Origin: Camelus ferus
Taxonomy: Eukaryota
Direction of reading: 5' to 3'
Length of the DNA stretch: 64,000 nucleotides
NCBI RefSeq assembly: GCF_009834535.1
Contig: NC_045707.1
Span: forward strand, 55,988,001-56,052,000
Shown: piece after piece, positions 22,792 to 37,089 of the stretch
Numbering within the stretch: the stretch's first letter is position 1
Layout: each line of letters begins with the position of its first letter
Made by a program: the position numbers and the translations under genes
Notes under the pieces: generated by a model
The model's database searches: none
What the model was told of the DNA's origin: nothing
The model's input: the letters and a program-made list of their open reading frames with translations, nothing else

Positions 22792-25622
22792 TATATTTGA
22801 TGAACTGAATTCTAATTAGAAATGATTGGTATTGATAAGCTGCACTCACCTTTCAGAAAAAAATTACATTAAGTATATAGGGAATTATCACTTTCATCTG
22901 AAAGTAGTTCATTCACTGTGGGCACTAACCTCTGCTCGCCCAATGAAAATTAACTGAGAAAAACCATCAGGTTAATTGGCTTACCCAAACGTCTTTGGCA
23001 CTCACTTGCCACTTAACCTATAAACCCTTCATTAGAGTCCCTCTTTAGGGATAAGCCATTATATTTAGAAAGCTCCAGTTAATATGCAAATACTTAGCTA
23101 CCAGGGTAGGGAAATGAGAAATACTGTAACATCTTAGTTAGGGGGGTAAGCAACTGCGTTTCAAATTCCTAGAGAAACTCTGGGCAGGGCAAGTTCATTT
23201 CAGTGTAGGGCGCTACGCTGGTTGGGGCGGTGTGAGCTTTCTATGCCCTGCGGAAACTGAAGGCTTTATGCTTTAGGCTTGAATTTATCATTACACATGT
23301 AACACATTCCTCAACTTGCCTGTTTCCATCGTGATCTCCTCCTACTAAATTGTAAACCCTTCCATGGCAGAGATGCTGGCTTTCTAAGCAACTAGCACTT
23401 TTTAAAAATTGTTAAATTGTCACTGTCTAGATGTGGAATGAAAAGAGGCCGGAGAAGTAACAAAGAGCCTTTGTCAGACATCCAACGGACAGGGCCGTCC
23501 AGTAACTGCTTGCTTTGTGAAAAGGTAAGTCTGAGAATGCTCAGCCTTGTAACTAAAATGAATATTCTTAGTGGCCCCCTCTTCCATCCCTTTAGGAGAT
23601 TTTCCTATAAGCAATAAAGGAGTTTTACGAGCTACATCTGACACAGCAAGCCTCTCCAGCTCCCCCAAGAAACAAGAAAAGTAAGCTTCTGATTAAACAT
23701 GGCCCCAGCTGCAGCCAAACTAAGCCCCAGAGCTGTTAGAGATTCTGATGCACTCTCATAGAGCCGCCCAAGTCTAGAGTTTCCCCAGACACTCTCTTGT
23801 CTTAATAGGAGAAAATGAAAAGGATGAACCTTGGCTAAATAAGTACCCTTAGTTTCCCAAATCAATCAACGCTGCCACTTTCAGAGTTTCGACAGGAAAC
23901 AGTCAAGAAAAAAACTTTAAGTAACCCAGAAAACTAGTTAATAATCCATATAAAAGAAAGCTGATGATTTAAAATTAAAAATTCAGTCACCCTAAAATGT
24001 TTTAAAAGTATTAATATGAAAAGCATTTTGCAAGATTAAAGCAAACACTAACAGCATGAGATGATCATGAAAACCATACTCCAGGTATTTAATTTCAGAT
24101 TAAAATAATCCTCTACCTTACTATTAGCTTCTTAAGAACTTGAAATATTTTTCAGTGCCTTGCAATTTGCATGATAAAAATATTAATATTTTCCAATTAT
24201 TTGTTCACTATATCCATTTCATGCCACCCTAATAAAAAGTATTGTAGTACAACTCACCTCCTTCACACTGCACTAAATTGACTTCAATCAGTCTCAACTT
24301 AAAAGCTTAATGAACATACCTTTATTCCTAGTTTTCCACACCTGAAATTAGTAACCACTAGCAGAGGTACGATGAAGCTTTTTATTCCCCAGAGTTAACT
24401 CCAAGTATATGAATCACTTTAATACACTACTTTGTATAATTTATGAATTTCAGTCAGTTTCTTGGGTTTTCATAAATTCACAAATTCATGTTCTATAAAA
24501 AGGTGATTAACTTTTTGTTGTTTACATTTCATACTGTTTCCCTTATAATACTGTTTTCCTCTTGAGCATTTGTGGTATGTTTTAAAGTATGACTGGTTCC
24601 TTATAATTTTTCTATTTTAAAAAGTTTACAAATGTTTGACTGCTTTTAAGACAAGAATTAGTATCAGATTATAGTTTTTTTTAATATAGTTCAAAGCTTT
24701 CAAAAATGATTGGCTTCTACTGAACACCAGAGTCTAAGAAAGAGAACACAAGCGTAACCACGAGATCCCAAGAACACCTGTTTTGTGCATGGTCTTGATC
24801 TTTGTGCTTTCATAGAATAAAAGGTGGTATATCTTTGTGCTTAAGGATTTGATTATCCAAATGCATTTGAAACTGGCAGGCATGGCACGCTGAGAATACA
24901 CCTCCAGTTAAAATACTTGCCTTCGAATATAAATGTGCTGTACAGATTTCAGAATAGAAATCCTAAAGTACATGGAGGCTTTTCCAACTAGTCATGTACT
25001 AACTCAAAAAAAAAAAAAAAAAATCACATCCTTGAGGAGGGCTCATAAAACCTTCACTTAAGGGAAACAGGAAGTGTCTTCCGGCAATGACCACTGCCTG
25101 GGAACCCACTAAGAGCTCTCACTCCTAGACCACGGAAGACAGGGGAAATTTTTTTAAATCTAAGAAACTTGCGGGGTAGGAAAATATTCATGCTACATCA
25201 CCCAGATGTTTGGCTTATCTGCAAGCCTACCTCCTGTCTTTTCTGAATTAAGTCTTAACCAAATCACCTTTCTTTATCCACACCTCTCCCTCAGCCAACG
25301 AGACTAGCCAAGAAGCTTCTTTTAGCCAAATGTTTGCAACGATCTTTTGTCTTTCCTACTTAAAAATTTCCACATGATGCCAACGTACCCCACCCCAGGT
25401 CTTCATGTTATAATAGCAACTTGTATTTGTTTCACGCTTTTATATTTTACAAAATGTGCTCACGTTCAGGACTGTCTTGAATCCTTGTCACCACCCTCTG
25501 ACTAAGAAGATGTGAATGCGAGAAGTTGAGAGTCCTGCCTGAGGCAAGTGCATCAGTCAAGACCAGAGCCGTCCATGCTGGAATCCAAACCTCAGTTCCT
25601 CATCTACGTCTGCTCTTGCTAA

Positions 25623-26120
25623 GTTATGGGCTGAATGGTGGCCCCCTAAAATTCATCTGTTGAATCCCTAAGTAGTTCAGAAAGTGACTGGATTTGGAGA
25701 GCAGACCTTTACAGAGGTGATTAAGTTAAAATGGGGCCTTCAGGCTAGGCCGTAATGCAATCTAACTGGTGTAAGAAGAGAAATTTGGACAGAGAGACAG
25801 TGGAGCACAAGTGAACAGAAAAAAAGACTATGTGAGCCCAATGAGCAGGTGGCCATCTGTAAGCCATGATGAGGCCTCAGGGGAAACCAAACCTTCTGAC
25901 ACCTTGATCTGGGGCTTTTACCCTCCAGAACTGTGAGAAAATAAATTTCTTTCTTTCTTTTTTTTTTAATGGAGTTACTGGGGATTGAACCCAGGACCTC
26001 GTGCATGCTAGCCTGTGCTCTACCACTGAACTACACCCTCCCCTGAAGAAAGTGCATTTCTGTTGTTTAAGCCACCTAGTCTGCGGTATTTTGTCCAGGC
26101 TGTCCTAACAAACAAATACA
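25623..26120 (+). mobile_element. MaLR LTR (MLT1B-like) interrupted by a SINE
   Basis: gttatgggctgaat...aaaattcat...gtgactggatttggaga ... ccagaactgtgagaaaataaatttct [SINE] gttgtttaagccacctagtctgcggtattttgt...aataca. Confidence 0.85.
25951..26043 (-). mobile_element. tRNA-Ala-derived SINE (Vic-1-like) nested in the MLT1 LTR
   Basis: ttttaatggagttactggggattgaacccaggacctcgtgcatgctag...taccactgaactacaccctcccc. Confidence 0.88.
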
Positions 26121-26991
26121 CCTACTAGACCACAAAGACTGCCGTATATAATCATATACACTAGGCCGTTTATCCTTCAGAGTTTCAGGGAAACGCGATT
26201 TCACACGAAAGTTTTATTGTCTGATACTGTGTCTGGGGCTCTGTTTTTGATGACAGAGGTTGAACTGCTTTGTAAATATAAAAAGGATTTTAAGAAGTAT
26301 CTTATTCTTAGTTCTGCCAGGATTTGTCTACATTCTTTACTAGACAGGGAAAAAAAAAATTCCTAATCACGCCAATGGGGCATTAACTCCAACTAAATAC
26401 ACGTAATAAAGCTCTAGCGCTACTTCACGTTTACAGTGAGACTGCAGCGCTCACACTGCACACACACGTTATCTCATTTCACCCCAGCACTGCCGTCCAA
26501 CAGGAGACTGAAGCCGGATGGGATAAGACAGTTAAAGAAGAGCACATACTTAACAGGAGGTAGAGAAAGACCCTGAACATTGTTCTCTAACTATTCCGTT
26601 TAACCTTCAAAGCAGCTCTGTTCCTCCACATGGACAATAAATCTCCCAAAAGAAGTGTTTGTAAGACGATTTGAAAGTAAAATCCTAGTCTATTATTGCA
26701 TTTTGTCTGGAATCCATATATCTGCCCTCAAGATGCAATAAAGCTATAAAAAACGCTTTTGTGCCATATTCTTTTAATTTCTGCATTTCAAAAAGAAAGT
26801 CTTCTTTTAACACTAAGGAGTCTTGGAAAACGTGAGTCAAAGGAAGGTGTTAGTTGTCTTCCAGTGACGGGTGAAAAAGGCAGCTTTATGAAAGCCAAAC
26901 ACTAACCTATAATTTCATATTACAAAATATAATAGAAAACATATTCTGGCAGGAATTTTGCTGCCTGCATCCCTTCTCAGCTATAAAATAG

Positions 26992-26993
<2 letters not shown>

Positions 26994-27030
<37 letters not shown>
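26994..27030. repeat. (CA)n microsatellite, about 18 units
   Basis: Uninterrupted acacac run. Confidence 0.97.
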
Positions 27031-27031
<1 letters not shown>

Positions 27032-27974
27032 CTGAGAAAGATCAGACTTGAAACACATTGCAGCAGCATACACGTACAACATGGGAAGTTTCACCAGGGT
27101 TGCCTGTGATGACAGGATACACACACGTCCCTACAATAAAATCAGACTCACAGCTAAATCAGAGAGTCTTTTTGGACACAATAATATATGAGCCCTGATG
27201 AAAAACAGATAGGCAAAGGGGAAAACACTCTAATTTAAAACTAACACAGTATCCAAACATTTGGTCCACAAAGCACCAGCAAGTCGCTAATTTGTCATTG
27301 AAGGCAAGAGATACTTCACCCAAGAATGAGGAGAGAAAGAGGTAGTAACTCCACCATTAAAATTTATCAACATTCCAATATATATTACTATCTGTCATTT
27401 ATTGACTAATCAAGAAATAAATTAAACTTCAGGAAGCCCTGACACTTTTTGCGCCATAGTCCTTTAAATAAATCACATGGTAGGCACTCAAAATACACAG
27501 GCGGGATGTTAAACGCAAACTATCAGCTCTCTCAGATCTCGTGTTATAAAAAGACAAATTATGAAGCCCAAACGTGTCCCTTTAAGACTCTCAAGCATGG
27601 TCTATTTCACCCTTTTGCTGACCCCCGAATCCTGAGACTTGGAACAGTTGGGTATGAGAAGGGTCTTCTTCAGCTCTCCGTAGCCGCAACTGCTAAATCC
27701 TCCACAAGACTGGAAATCCCCCCATCAGACCACAAGATCTTTTTTATTCAATCTTGACCCTCACTGCCTTCACTAAACATCATTCCTGTCACTAATAATT
27801 TTTTTTAAACATACAAGTAACCAGGCTAATTCAATAAATTCTCAAGTCAAGAAATGAACAAGTAGAACCTAAGTGTAAGAATGGAAGACAGTATTTAGTC
27901 AAAGGAATCTAAGCACAAGAGATCTAATTTTTCACTCCAATCTTTAAAAAAAAGAAATAAAAAACATATCTTCT

Positions 27975-28075
27975 GGGGAGAAGGTATAGCTCAGTGACAG
28001 AACACATGCTTAGCATACACACAAGGTCTTGGGTTCAATCCCCCGTACCACCATTAACAAAAAGTTACCAAAAAG
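27975..28075 (+). mobile_element. tRNA-Ala-derived SINE (Vic-1-like)
   Basis: ggggagaaggtatagctcagtg...gggttcaatcccc...ccattaacaaaaa. Confidence 0.87.
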
Positions 28076-28553
28076 CCCACATTTTATCTGAAGCGATTCC
28101 TAAAATGCACATTAACTGTAAAGCGCACACACTCACACACTTTAGAGCTAGCCACATCTCAATTCAAATTCTTCCTCTTGAACATACTAACTATAGGATT
28201 CAGTTTTCTCATCTATAAATGGCTGTTCCTGGTGAAGATAAAATAAGATAACAATTAAATAAAATATGGAGGTTAACTCCTAGCTCATAGTAGGTCATAG
28301 AACAGAAAGAAAAAAATGTCACAGGACTTATGCCATGGGGTACAGCCTAATTAGGACATTCTGGGAAGCAGCCTTACCAGAAGGATGACAGTTGCATATC
28401 ATCAAAATAGCTAGACTTGGGTATTTCTATTTGACAAAAGATCATCAATTCTAATAAAATCATAATGTGATCTGCACACTATTTTTTTTAAGCTTCTCAA
28501 GGCCTGTTTTTTCTTGCACAAAGTAGGAAAAGAATTACCCTAGGCATTTCCAA

Positions 28554-28589
<36 letters not shown>
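28554..28589. repeat. Compound (CT)n(CA)n microsatellite
   Basis: tctctctc...ctcacacacacac. Confidence 0.95.
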
Positions 28590-28615
28590 TATTATGTTTT
28601 CAAAGACAGCAAGTT

Positions 28616-28693
28616 TTTTTTTTAATGGAGGGATTGAACCCAGGACCTCCTGCACGCTAAGCACTCACTCTTCCACTGAGCTATACCTACCCC
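28616..28693 (-). mobile_element. tRNA-Ala-derived SINE (Vic-1-like) with a 15-bp TSD
   Basis: TSD caaagacagcaagtt (28601-28615) / caaagatagcaactt (28694-28708). Confidence 0.9.
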
Positions 28694-29510
28694 CAAAGAT
28701 AGCAACTTCTAAAAAGTGGGATAATATATATTAAGCCTTTCATATCTTTGTTAACAAAAAATAAAAGTCAACATGCTGTTTGAAAATGTCCTCTTTATAT
28801 TCCTCATATAAGCCAACCCTATGCAGGTGGGCAGTAAACTGGCTATAATTTGTGATGGTCTGGAATACAATCTAGAAAAGTTTGAAATCAGAAATGTGGT
28901 CACCTGATGAAAGAAAGGTAATGTCACACACTCAGTCATGATCAGTCCACTCAGAGCAGACGGATTTTCACACTAAAACACTCACATTAAAAGTTGCCTT
29001 GGGGAGGATAATGGAGCAGGCAGCCCCCAAAGTATATGGGTCCTGCTTTCTAATGATTTCTTTTCTGCAGGCATCCTGGAGAGAAGTTCAAGCTTTCTAA
29101 TGGGGATATAACTGTACTACACTCTCCAAGGGCATTTACCACTTTCAAAAGGAACTCCAAACTCTGCTGTCTTTAAAAAGCAGCAGGTCATTGGGAAAAG
29201 TCATTTTTCAAAGCTCCAGTGAACTGGCACTCTGCTTTTAGCCAGCCACAGAGATAAGGTGTGCAATCTCAGGGACAGAATCACCTTTCTTTACTTTTGA
29301 ATACTTGTCCATTTGAGGGCTCTCAAGAGGAATCAATGACTTACTCAGGTCATCGTAAATGGCTTGGACTGTGTGGATGCATGAGTTTTGACGAAGCAGA
29401 GAGGAAAATCATCCTCAACTACACATTTTAGATGACCCTTTCATACAGGTAATAAGAATCCAAGATAAAGGCATTTTCCTATCCACTCCTGCCAAAAAAA
29501 AAATAATAAT

Positions 29511-29513
<3 letters not shown>

Positions 29514-29541
<28 letters not shown>

Positions 29542-29556
29542 CCATCATCTCATCAT
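29514..29556. repeat. Imperfect (CAT/CAC)n trinucleotide repeat
   Basis: atcatcatcatcaccatcatcatcatcaccatcat. Confidence 0.9.
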
Positions 29557-31493
29557 GGCCACTCCTACAGAATTTAAGCGAAAATAAAGCTCCAAGAAGG
29601 AAAGGCATGTGTTTTTTATTTCCCATTCTGAAAGTGCACACAGGTATCTGCAGTTCAAATGGCAGTGAATTCGTCTGGAATGGGAGAGACCACGGGGTTC
29701 ACACATATAAAGATCAACAGTTGTTTTAGAAATTAACTACACCACATCTTAAACTTCTACATAAGTTCTAAACTGATCCAGGTGTTATCATCAGGGTAGA
29801 AACAGATGCAGTGTTAGCACATTTAACTGTGAATCCGGCTCCAACTTTGCTTAATGGACTCCGCATGCTGAAAACGATCATCGTAGTAGGAAGTGTACTC
29901 AACCAAATGCCTGACTTTCAAACAAAACAAGAGTTTCATTATCTCCATTACGCTCACCAACAACTACTCTGGGACACATTGTTTTTACACTGATTACGGT
30001 GCATTAGTAGCTTTGAGGGCGGGAAATGATATTAGTAATGCAACTTATAGAAAAACAAAGCCACGGTTGTCACAGGGGTGCTGACATTGTGACCCCAATG
30101 CTGTCACCACAATAAAGTCAACACTGATTGCACCAGCCTGTCATAGCCTGTGTTCTCTCTGGATCCCCAAAGTGGCTAAAGTTGGTGAGAGGAATAATGG
30201 GGAAGTTTCTGTAAGAACCACCATTATTTGCTGCATGTAGAGAACTTTTTAGTTTTCAAGTATTTTCATATCCACCATGTGATGGCACAAACACTTTCTC
30301 TATCTTTTTAGTGGAAATAAAAGACTCTCATCCAAGATCACATAGTGAGTAAAGAATAAGGCAAAATCATCAGATCTTTGCACTGGTGTTCTAGTGTTAC
30401 TTCTGCTACTCTGATGTCTCCAGTCATGAAATTTCTGCACTGGAGAGGTCCTGGCTCCCATTTCATTTACAATTAAAAAAAAAACCCCACAAAAAAACCA
30501 AGCAATCCAAATAACAACAATAACAAAAAAAACCCACCTTGGCTTATTCTAGAAGAATAATAACGTACAATAAAGCCATATGACTGTGTTTCAGTCATTT
30601 CCCTTTGGCCCACACCATTTCTTTTGCAACTAACAGCACTGACTAAAAGATCGAACTGATGCTAAATTAGTGCAACAAACTGGACAGCTGTCTGGAACAG
30701 AAAGGATTTCACCATGGAGTGTTCTGTGTTTATTGACTTATCTATTGACCAAAAGCCTTCCAGTCTTTAAATAAGAACTTCAAAAACAGACTGTTAAAAT
30801 AATGCCAAACTATTTCTTTGGTTTTCCACTTCCAGAGTTCAACTGATGAAAATTAAAGGAATTTTTAAACTCTACTGAGAAGTCACCATTGTATATTTCT
30901 TGAACCAAGTCATTTAATTTTTAAATCCATCCTATTTCCTGAGCTTGAGCCTGAGTACTTATTTTGCATCAAGCAGACTTCAGTAGATGGTTTACCCTGA
31001 GGCAAGCCAGCTTCCAAGTATAACTCACATTAAGAATAAAAGCTGTTGTTATGATAAGTAGACAACATACGTCCAAATCACTTCTCAAGGGTTGGGGCTT
31101 CAAGAACAGGTATCAGAGTTTTTGTCCAAAAATACTTCTGAAAACTGAACTTCTGATTTTAACTTTTAATCTAACATTAACTTATTTTTTGCCCTTTTGA
31201 CTAATGCATATATTATATAGATGAGAAACTAAGTAAATCAGAGGATGGAAAGAGGAGAAAAATGATGGCAGAGTAGTAGAAAAAAATTTTGAGCAGATTT
31301 GGGAGAGAGAACACCAACCACACAAAATCCCAAGCCGTCCCATCTCAACAATGATAAAGGAATTGAGCCAAGTCAAAGGGTTTTGCTTCTTCTGTCCTCT
31401 GGCCTGTGCTTCTCAGTAGAAGTACTGAAGCTAGATAATCTTAATTACTGGCCAAAAAGACAAATTACAACCCCAAACATAGATATTGCTGTC

Positions 31494-31960
31494 TGTATTA
31501 TCTTCCTATTGTTATGTAATGAATTACTACACACTTAGCTGCAAAAAAACCCCCACAGATTTAACATCTTCCAGTTCTAGAGGCCGTAAGTCCAAAAGGT
31601 CAAGTTGAAATGAGCTCAAATCAAGGTATCAGAAGGATTGTGCCCCTTCTGGAGACTAAAGAGGAGAATCTGGTTCCTTTTCCAGCCGAGAGAGGCCATT
31701 CCTTGATTCATAGGCTCTTTCTCCACCTTCCAACTCAAAATTTAATGACATCATACAATCTCTCCTCTGACTCTGACTCTTTTGCCTCCCTCTTTCCATT
31801 GTAAGAATCCCTGTGATTGCACCAGGCCCACCCAATCACACGGGATAATCTCCTATCTTAAAATCCTTAAAGTCTCTTTTGCCATGTAAGACAGCATAGT
31901 CACAGCTTGTGAGGATTAGGACGTGGCTATATTTGGGAGGCTGTTATTCTGCCTACCTCA
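31494..31960 (-). mobile_element. MaLR LTR (MLT1C/D-like)
   Basis: tgtatta...cagttctagaggcc...aagtcc ... ggataatctcc...ttgccatgtaag...gaggattaggacgtgg...ttattctgcctac is the reverse orientation of an MLT1 LTR. Confidence 0.85.
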
Positions 31961-32739
31961 GTGTCCTACTTAGTTAGGCTTCACCAAGCACATTAGCAAG
32001 CTTATCAAAATCATTTCCCAACTAAAATATACAAGGTAACTCCATCTCCATCGGTAAACAGAAGCAGGCGTCCACAGTTTATACGTGCAGATAAACCAAG
32101 AAAAATTACCAGCATTCCTTTTTTTTGCTATACTAACCAAAAGAAAACATGATACAAAGGGCTGGAGCAACACATGGGTAAGACAAAGTGGAGAGTAAGT
32201 TTACATGTAGAACAAACAAAGACTCGACACTTTTTCTGATTTGAAGGAGAGGAACAATTTTCATAGCAAAGCTCCACTCAGCTTTCATCACTCAAATGCC
32301 CTCTAAAATCACTCTTGGACCTCAAATGCAATTTAGAGAATCTGACCTTGTCATTAAGGTAAGTCGTTAGTTAATATTCAAAATGTTAACAACTAATGGA
32401 GAATGGGCAATCCTGGAACAGGGTTTTATACGGCCTCTGCTATGTTCAGAAGTAATCGTTAAGTAGTTGGACCTTGGGGAGTTCCAGGTGGTCTCAGCTG
32501 AGGGCACAGGATGGTCAAGGAAGAGAACAGCCCCAGCAGGGTAGCAGGCAGTAGCAATTTACCAACTGCAATTGCCATACCAGTGAGAACCAGCTAAACG
32601 TTAATGTCCCAACAGAACTGAGGTAGTTGGCCAATGATTGCCACAGTGATTATGCATTATATTCCTAATCAGGGAAATAAAGTTAACTGGAAAAAAAAAA
32701 ATCTAATTAAAAAAAAAAGTTGATACCATTTTAGGCAGG

Positions 32740-33710
32740 GAGAATGATTAGATTAACAGAGCGGAGTATCCAAACAGATCCTGATAAAATGGAATGACCA
32801 ACTGAAGTAAACAAAGTTAAGTTTAAAAAGACTTAGATCCTAAGAACTAAAATTGGGCCCAGAGCCAGCAGCTGCAGGATGGGAAGATGTGAGTCAGCTA
32901 CATATGCATGGAAAAATACTAGGAGATTTCAGAAAAATACTTGGAGATTTTAAAAAAAAAAAAGGCCAACTCAGTGAGTCAGTGTGATGTGGCCACCAAA
33001 GAAAAAAAATCAAATGCAAACTCACTGCAATGAAAACAAATACAACGCATAATCAAAAAGCTATAGTATCTACAACAAGGATAAAATAAACTCAAAACAT
33101 GTTCTCACTATTATTATGTATTATAATTAGCTATTACCATTATTCTTATTGATTGTTGTTGTTATACACACTAACAATAAAATAATAGCGATGATACATA
33201 TTTATTACTTAGTTTTGAAACAGACTCTATGTAACAGAAAAATTAAAATTCACCATCTACTTTGTAGAATGCTCTAAGATTTAAATTAATATCCTCATTT
33301 TCAGAATGATTAAGGAAATCATCCAAGGTCATCCAACTTTAGGGAACCATTCTGGAAGATAACCTTAAAAACCAGAAAGCATTCAAAGAAACATACAAAA
33401 TGACTTGGGGATCTTGAAACCACGTCACTTTGGGAAGATATAAAGAAAACAGGCTTATTTATCCAAGTAAAAAGTAACTGAGAAGAGAGAGTAAATTTCT
33501 TCAAATTATCATCACACCAAAGAAGAATTTAGACTTGATCTATGCATAGCATAAAGTCAGAGATCACAGAATTACTATCTGATAGATGTTGAGCTACATG
33601 TGGAAGAACTTGAACTGTTACATATATCCAGTGATGGAACACTCCACCTTGGGTTTTAGTGAACTCTCCATCACCACAAGTCCAAACACAGAGGCTAAAT
33701 GATCATGACA
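32740..33710 (+). mobile_element. L3/CR1 LINE fragments (ancient), interrupted
   Basis: tgagtcagtgtgatgtggc, ggggatcttgaaacca and gtgaactctccatcac...agaggctaaatga are CR1/L3-like 3' motifs. Confidence 0.6.
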
Positions 33711-35436
33711 GACTCGTATTACATGAGGGCCACAGTAGACATACTTCGAGAGCATTCCACATTTTGGGATTCAGTGATTCAATATCCCTGGATACCACTT
33801 CTTCTAAAACACATTCTCATGACCCAGTGTTTCTTACTCACTAAGTCATTTATACAGAACTTTCATGATTTCTGCCATCCGTATGTACTAACTGTATTAC
33901 TAATTTACTTAGTATCTTCCTTTAAACTGCCTCACTCCTGTTTTCCTTATTATATTTTGCCTTGTTCTTAGCACTATAACCATGGACTGTCTGACATGCT
34001 AATCATTTTTAATAAAACCCCACAAAATAAATATCGAAATCAAATGTTTAGGTGAATACCTATTAAAATCAGACACATGTACCACACTTTAAGCACACTG
34101 TTGTAACATCTCAGTTACAAAAGTGCATACGTTTTTCTAATTAGGTATTTTTTCCACAAATTTTCTAAGCCTTGCAAATCACCTTTAAGAGACCTGGTGG
34201 GGAATTATCATACTTTGGTACAGTTGTGGTACTGTTGCTGTGTTTACTCTGTTTGTAAGAGGACAGTGGGAAAACATTCCCCAGGCTTCCTACTTACTTG
34301 GCTGTACGCACCTCATGCTTTGGAAACCAATTATTTGTATAATGGACAACAGCCTTAAGTGTCAAGACAGACTCCTGATCACCATTAACTTTTCTTAAAG
34401 TTGAGCTCAAAAATCTTGAATACATTATTGAATTTGTCCACATTCCAATTAGCTAACAGATTAACAGCTGTATGTTTGGCATATTTGTTTGAGATTTCCA
34501 TTTTTCTTGCAGACTTATTTGGCAACATACCAGACATTTCATGAGACTGAAACAACTGAATGAATAAAGCAGTATTTTGAGGAAAAGAAACAAGATGTAT
34601 CTAACTGCTTTTCCTCCACAGCAACCTTGAGAAAGGCTCTCCACAAAGAGCAGAGACTTCTCAGAACCTCAACAACGTACATTCCCAAATGTAGAAGCTT
34701 TTAGTAGACTTACTTTTCATTTCATTGACACGGCTTTGTGACCTCACCAGTAATTTTGAAAATATCTGCCATAAACTGAAACAAGGCTCGTAAGAAATGA
34801 TCAAGGTTCAGATGGGGATTCTCACCCAGCTTTAGCACCTACTTTAGTTGATAAATGTTTGTCCAGCTGGTTTTATTGGTTTATTATGCTGTGGCGAAAC
34901 AAAATGCTTTCCACCTTGCTACCTTAAAAAACAAACAACATTCTCATTAAAAAACACTTTAGAAAACATGGCAGCATTCTATGTTCCACTCCATAAAGTT
35001 TATTGACATTTTGGAAAAGAAGACAAAAAGGAAAGAGGAAACCTTTCACTAAGAGAAAGCAGCTGCGTCTAACGACAGTCAGACTGAGTTTTGTGCTAGA
35101 TTGATGCCATCTTGGGTAGTCCTTGGACACTACTGAATCTCTTGGATAATGACTTCCTTGACCATGACTCAAACTTTACATTCAATGGGCGGAAGCAGTA
35201 GGGAACTGGGAATGCAAATCTGAAACTAGAACATTTGCTTCCTAAGTCAGACCTATGGCATCTCCTCTGTCCTCTATCCCTCTTTCCTCCTTTAAAGAAG
35301 TTGTTTCATTTCTTTGGGTGACAAATTCAGTTAAAGCTAAAATTCAGAGAATTTTAAAACTTTCTGCTAGGATTCAAAAGCTGCTTTGAATTAGGAGCTG
35401 CCAGTGGCATGCAATTTATTTGTAGTTATTGGGGTT

Positions 35437-35466
35437 TTGTTTGTTTGTTTGTTTGTTTGTTTGTTT
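35437..35466. repeat. (GTTT)n tetranucleotide repeat
   Basis: ttgtttgtttgtttgtttgtttgtttgttt. Confidence 0.95.
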
Positions 35467-36699
35467 GGTGAAGCCTTATGAATTAACCAGAGTTTAATAA
35501 AACTTTGCCACTGCTTTGCAAAAGAAATATTGGGGTTACAGAAGATATAACCCAGGCAATAAAGTAGGACAAATTATCACTCAGGACAAAACATAGAGGT
35601 ATTTTAAGCCACTTACTAAGATAACATTTGTGATTAAAAAAAAAAAAAAAAAAAACTGTTGAAATAGTCCCCAGTAGTAAATTATTTATTCAGCCTGAAA
35701 ATTTGTAGTACAAGTTCCACTTATAAAAGAACTGCACACATAATTAAAAACAGCAACTGTATCTCAAATAAAATGTACATCAAGTCTGACTATAGCGAAA
35801 AAGGGGGGAAGGCTGAAGCAAGTTTAGCAAGGAACTCTGCTATGTAACAACACAACTTGCAAAGTTATATTTCAGGATTCTTTTCCTTTTTAACTTCACA
35901 TTCAAAAAGAATTTGGCCACATGGCCAGTGCAAAAAAATAAAGACACCAAGTACGTTCGAGTCCATGAAAAAAAGTAGTAATTAACCTGGTTACCCAGTC
36001 TGAGAAGCTCACCAGATCTTTAGGTCATTTCAAAATGGTAATGGTTGAGTATTTCACAGATGAAATATTCTATATACTCCACTTCCTATCAATTATAAAG
36101 GCAACTCTGAGCTCTGAGTCCAATTTTCATCAAGTGATGACACAATAATATTAAGGAATGCAAGGAGGACATCTATACATCTCAAAGACTTTTCTTAACA
36201 GTTTTCAGCCTCACCAAGAGTCCTAGTACAATCCTTTAGAAGAGTCACAGTCCCAACGACATTCTTTGAGTTTGCACAGAGTCAGAAAGAAAGAGAGAGT
36301 ACACAATGGAGCAGAAATCCAGGGCCAGGGGTTCCAGCATCAGTACGACCACAACGTGTTTGAACATCTACCTCCTCATCTGGGAAAAAAAAAATTAAGA
36401 GTCTGAGACCAATCTTTCCCATCCTTTTGGGGTCATTAAAAAAAAACAACAACTATGAAAATTCCTATACTAAGCATTTCAGTAAAAGTACATCATCAAT
36501 AAAAACTCTGGCCTGAAAAGAGAGAGCACACACAAACCCAAAGCTCACAGAGTGACTGTGACAATCCCATTGCCTCTTACTAAAGACACATGCATTCAAC
36601 AAGTATTTATTAAGTACCTGTGATCTACCAGGCCCTGTATTATAAGAGGACCAGGCCTAGGCTCTGGTCAGTGAGACACAATAAACTCTTCTGGGAAGT

Positions 36700-36975
36700 A
36701 TCTTCTCATTGGTAAGAGAGAAAAGCACTCCTCATCCCTTCCCCAATCAGTGACTTTCTATGAGAATGTGATGGAACTGCAGCTACCGTACAAAGGGGAG
36801 AGACTCTGCTGACAAGGATGGACAGACCATGAGTCCTTTATACCATGGTTAAGTCATCAAACCAACACTGAGACCACCTTCCTCCAGACTTCTTAATAAA
36901 GAAGAAATAACTGTATTATAGTTCTAGCCACTTTTAATCAGCTGTTATTTGCCCCCAAAGTTAAAGCAACTGACA
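36700..36975 (+). mobile_element. Old MaLR LTR fragment (MLT1I/J-like)
   Basis: gaatgtgatgg...gcagc ... cctccagacttctt ... agccactttt ... ctgttatttgc. Confidence 0.55.
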
Positions 36976-37089
36976 GTACCTTTCTTTACCTATTTATTTG
37001 ATATTTCATATATATCATTTGCCATTCAGAACTAACAAATACTCAATGTTTGTATTACTTATTTCAACTAAGCTTTTCTTTTAGAAACA

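Noticed and set aside
23200..23255. Small GC/CpG patch with a CTCF-like ...AGGGCGCT
   Set aside because: It mismatches the conserved AG core of the CTCF motif and is too short to support a call.
24438..24478. 10-bp inverted repeat aatttatgaa...ttcataaatt
   Set aside because: Short and AT-only apart from one pair; expected by chance in AT-rich DNA.
29441..29641. Poly-Met ORF (MMVMMMMVMMM)
   Set aside because: Translation of the (CAT)n microsatellite on the minus strand.
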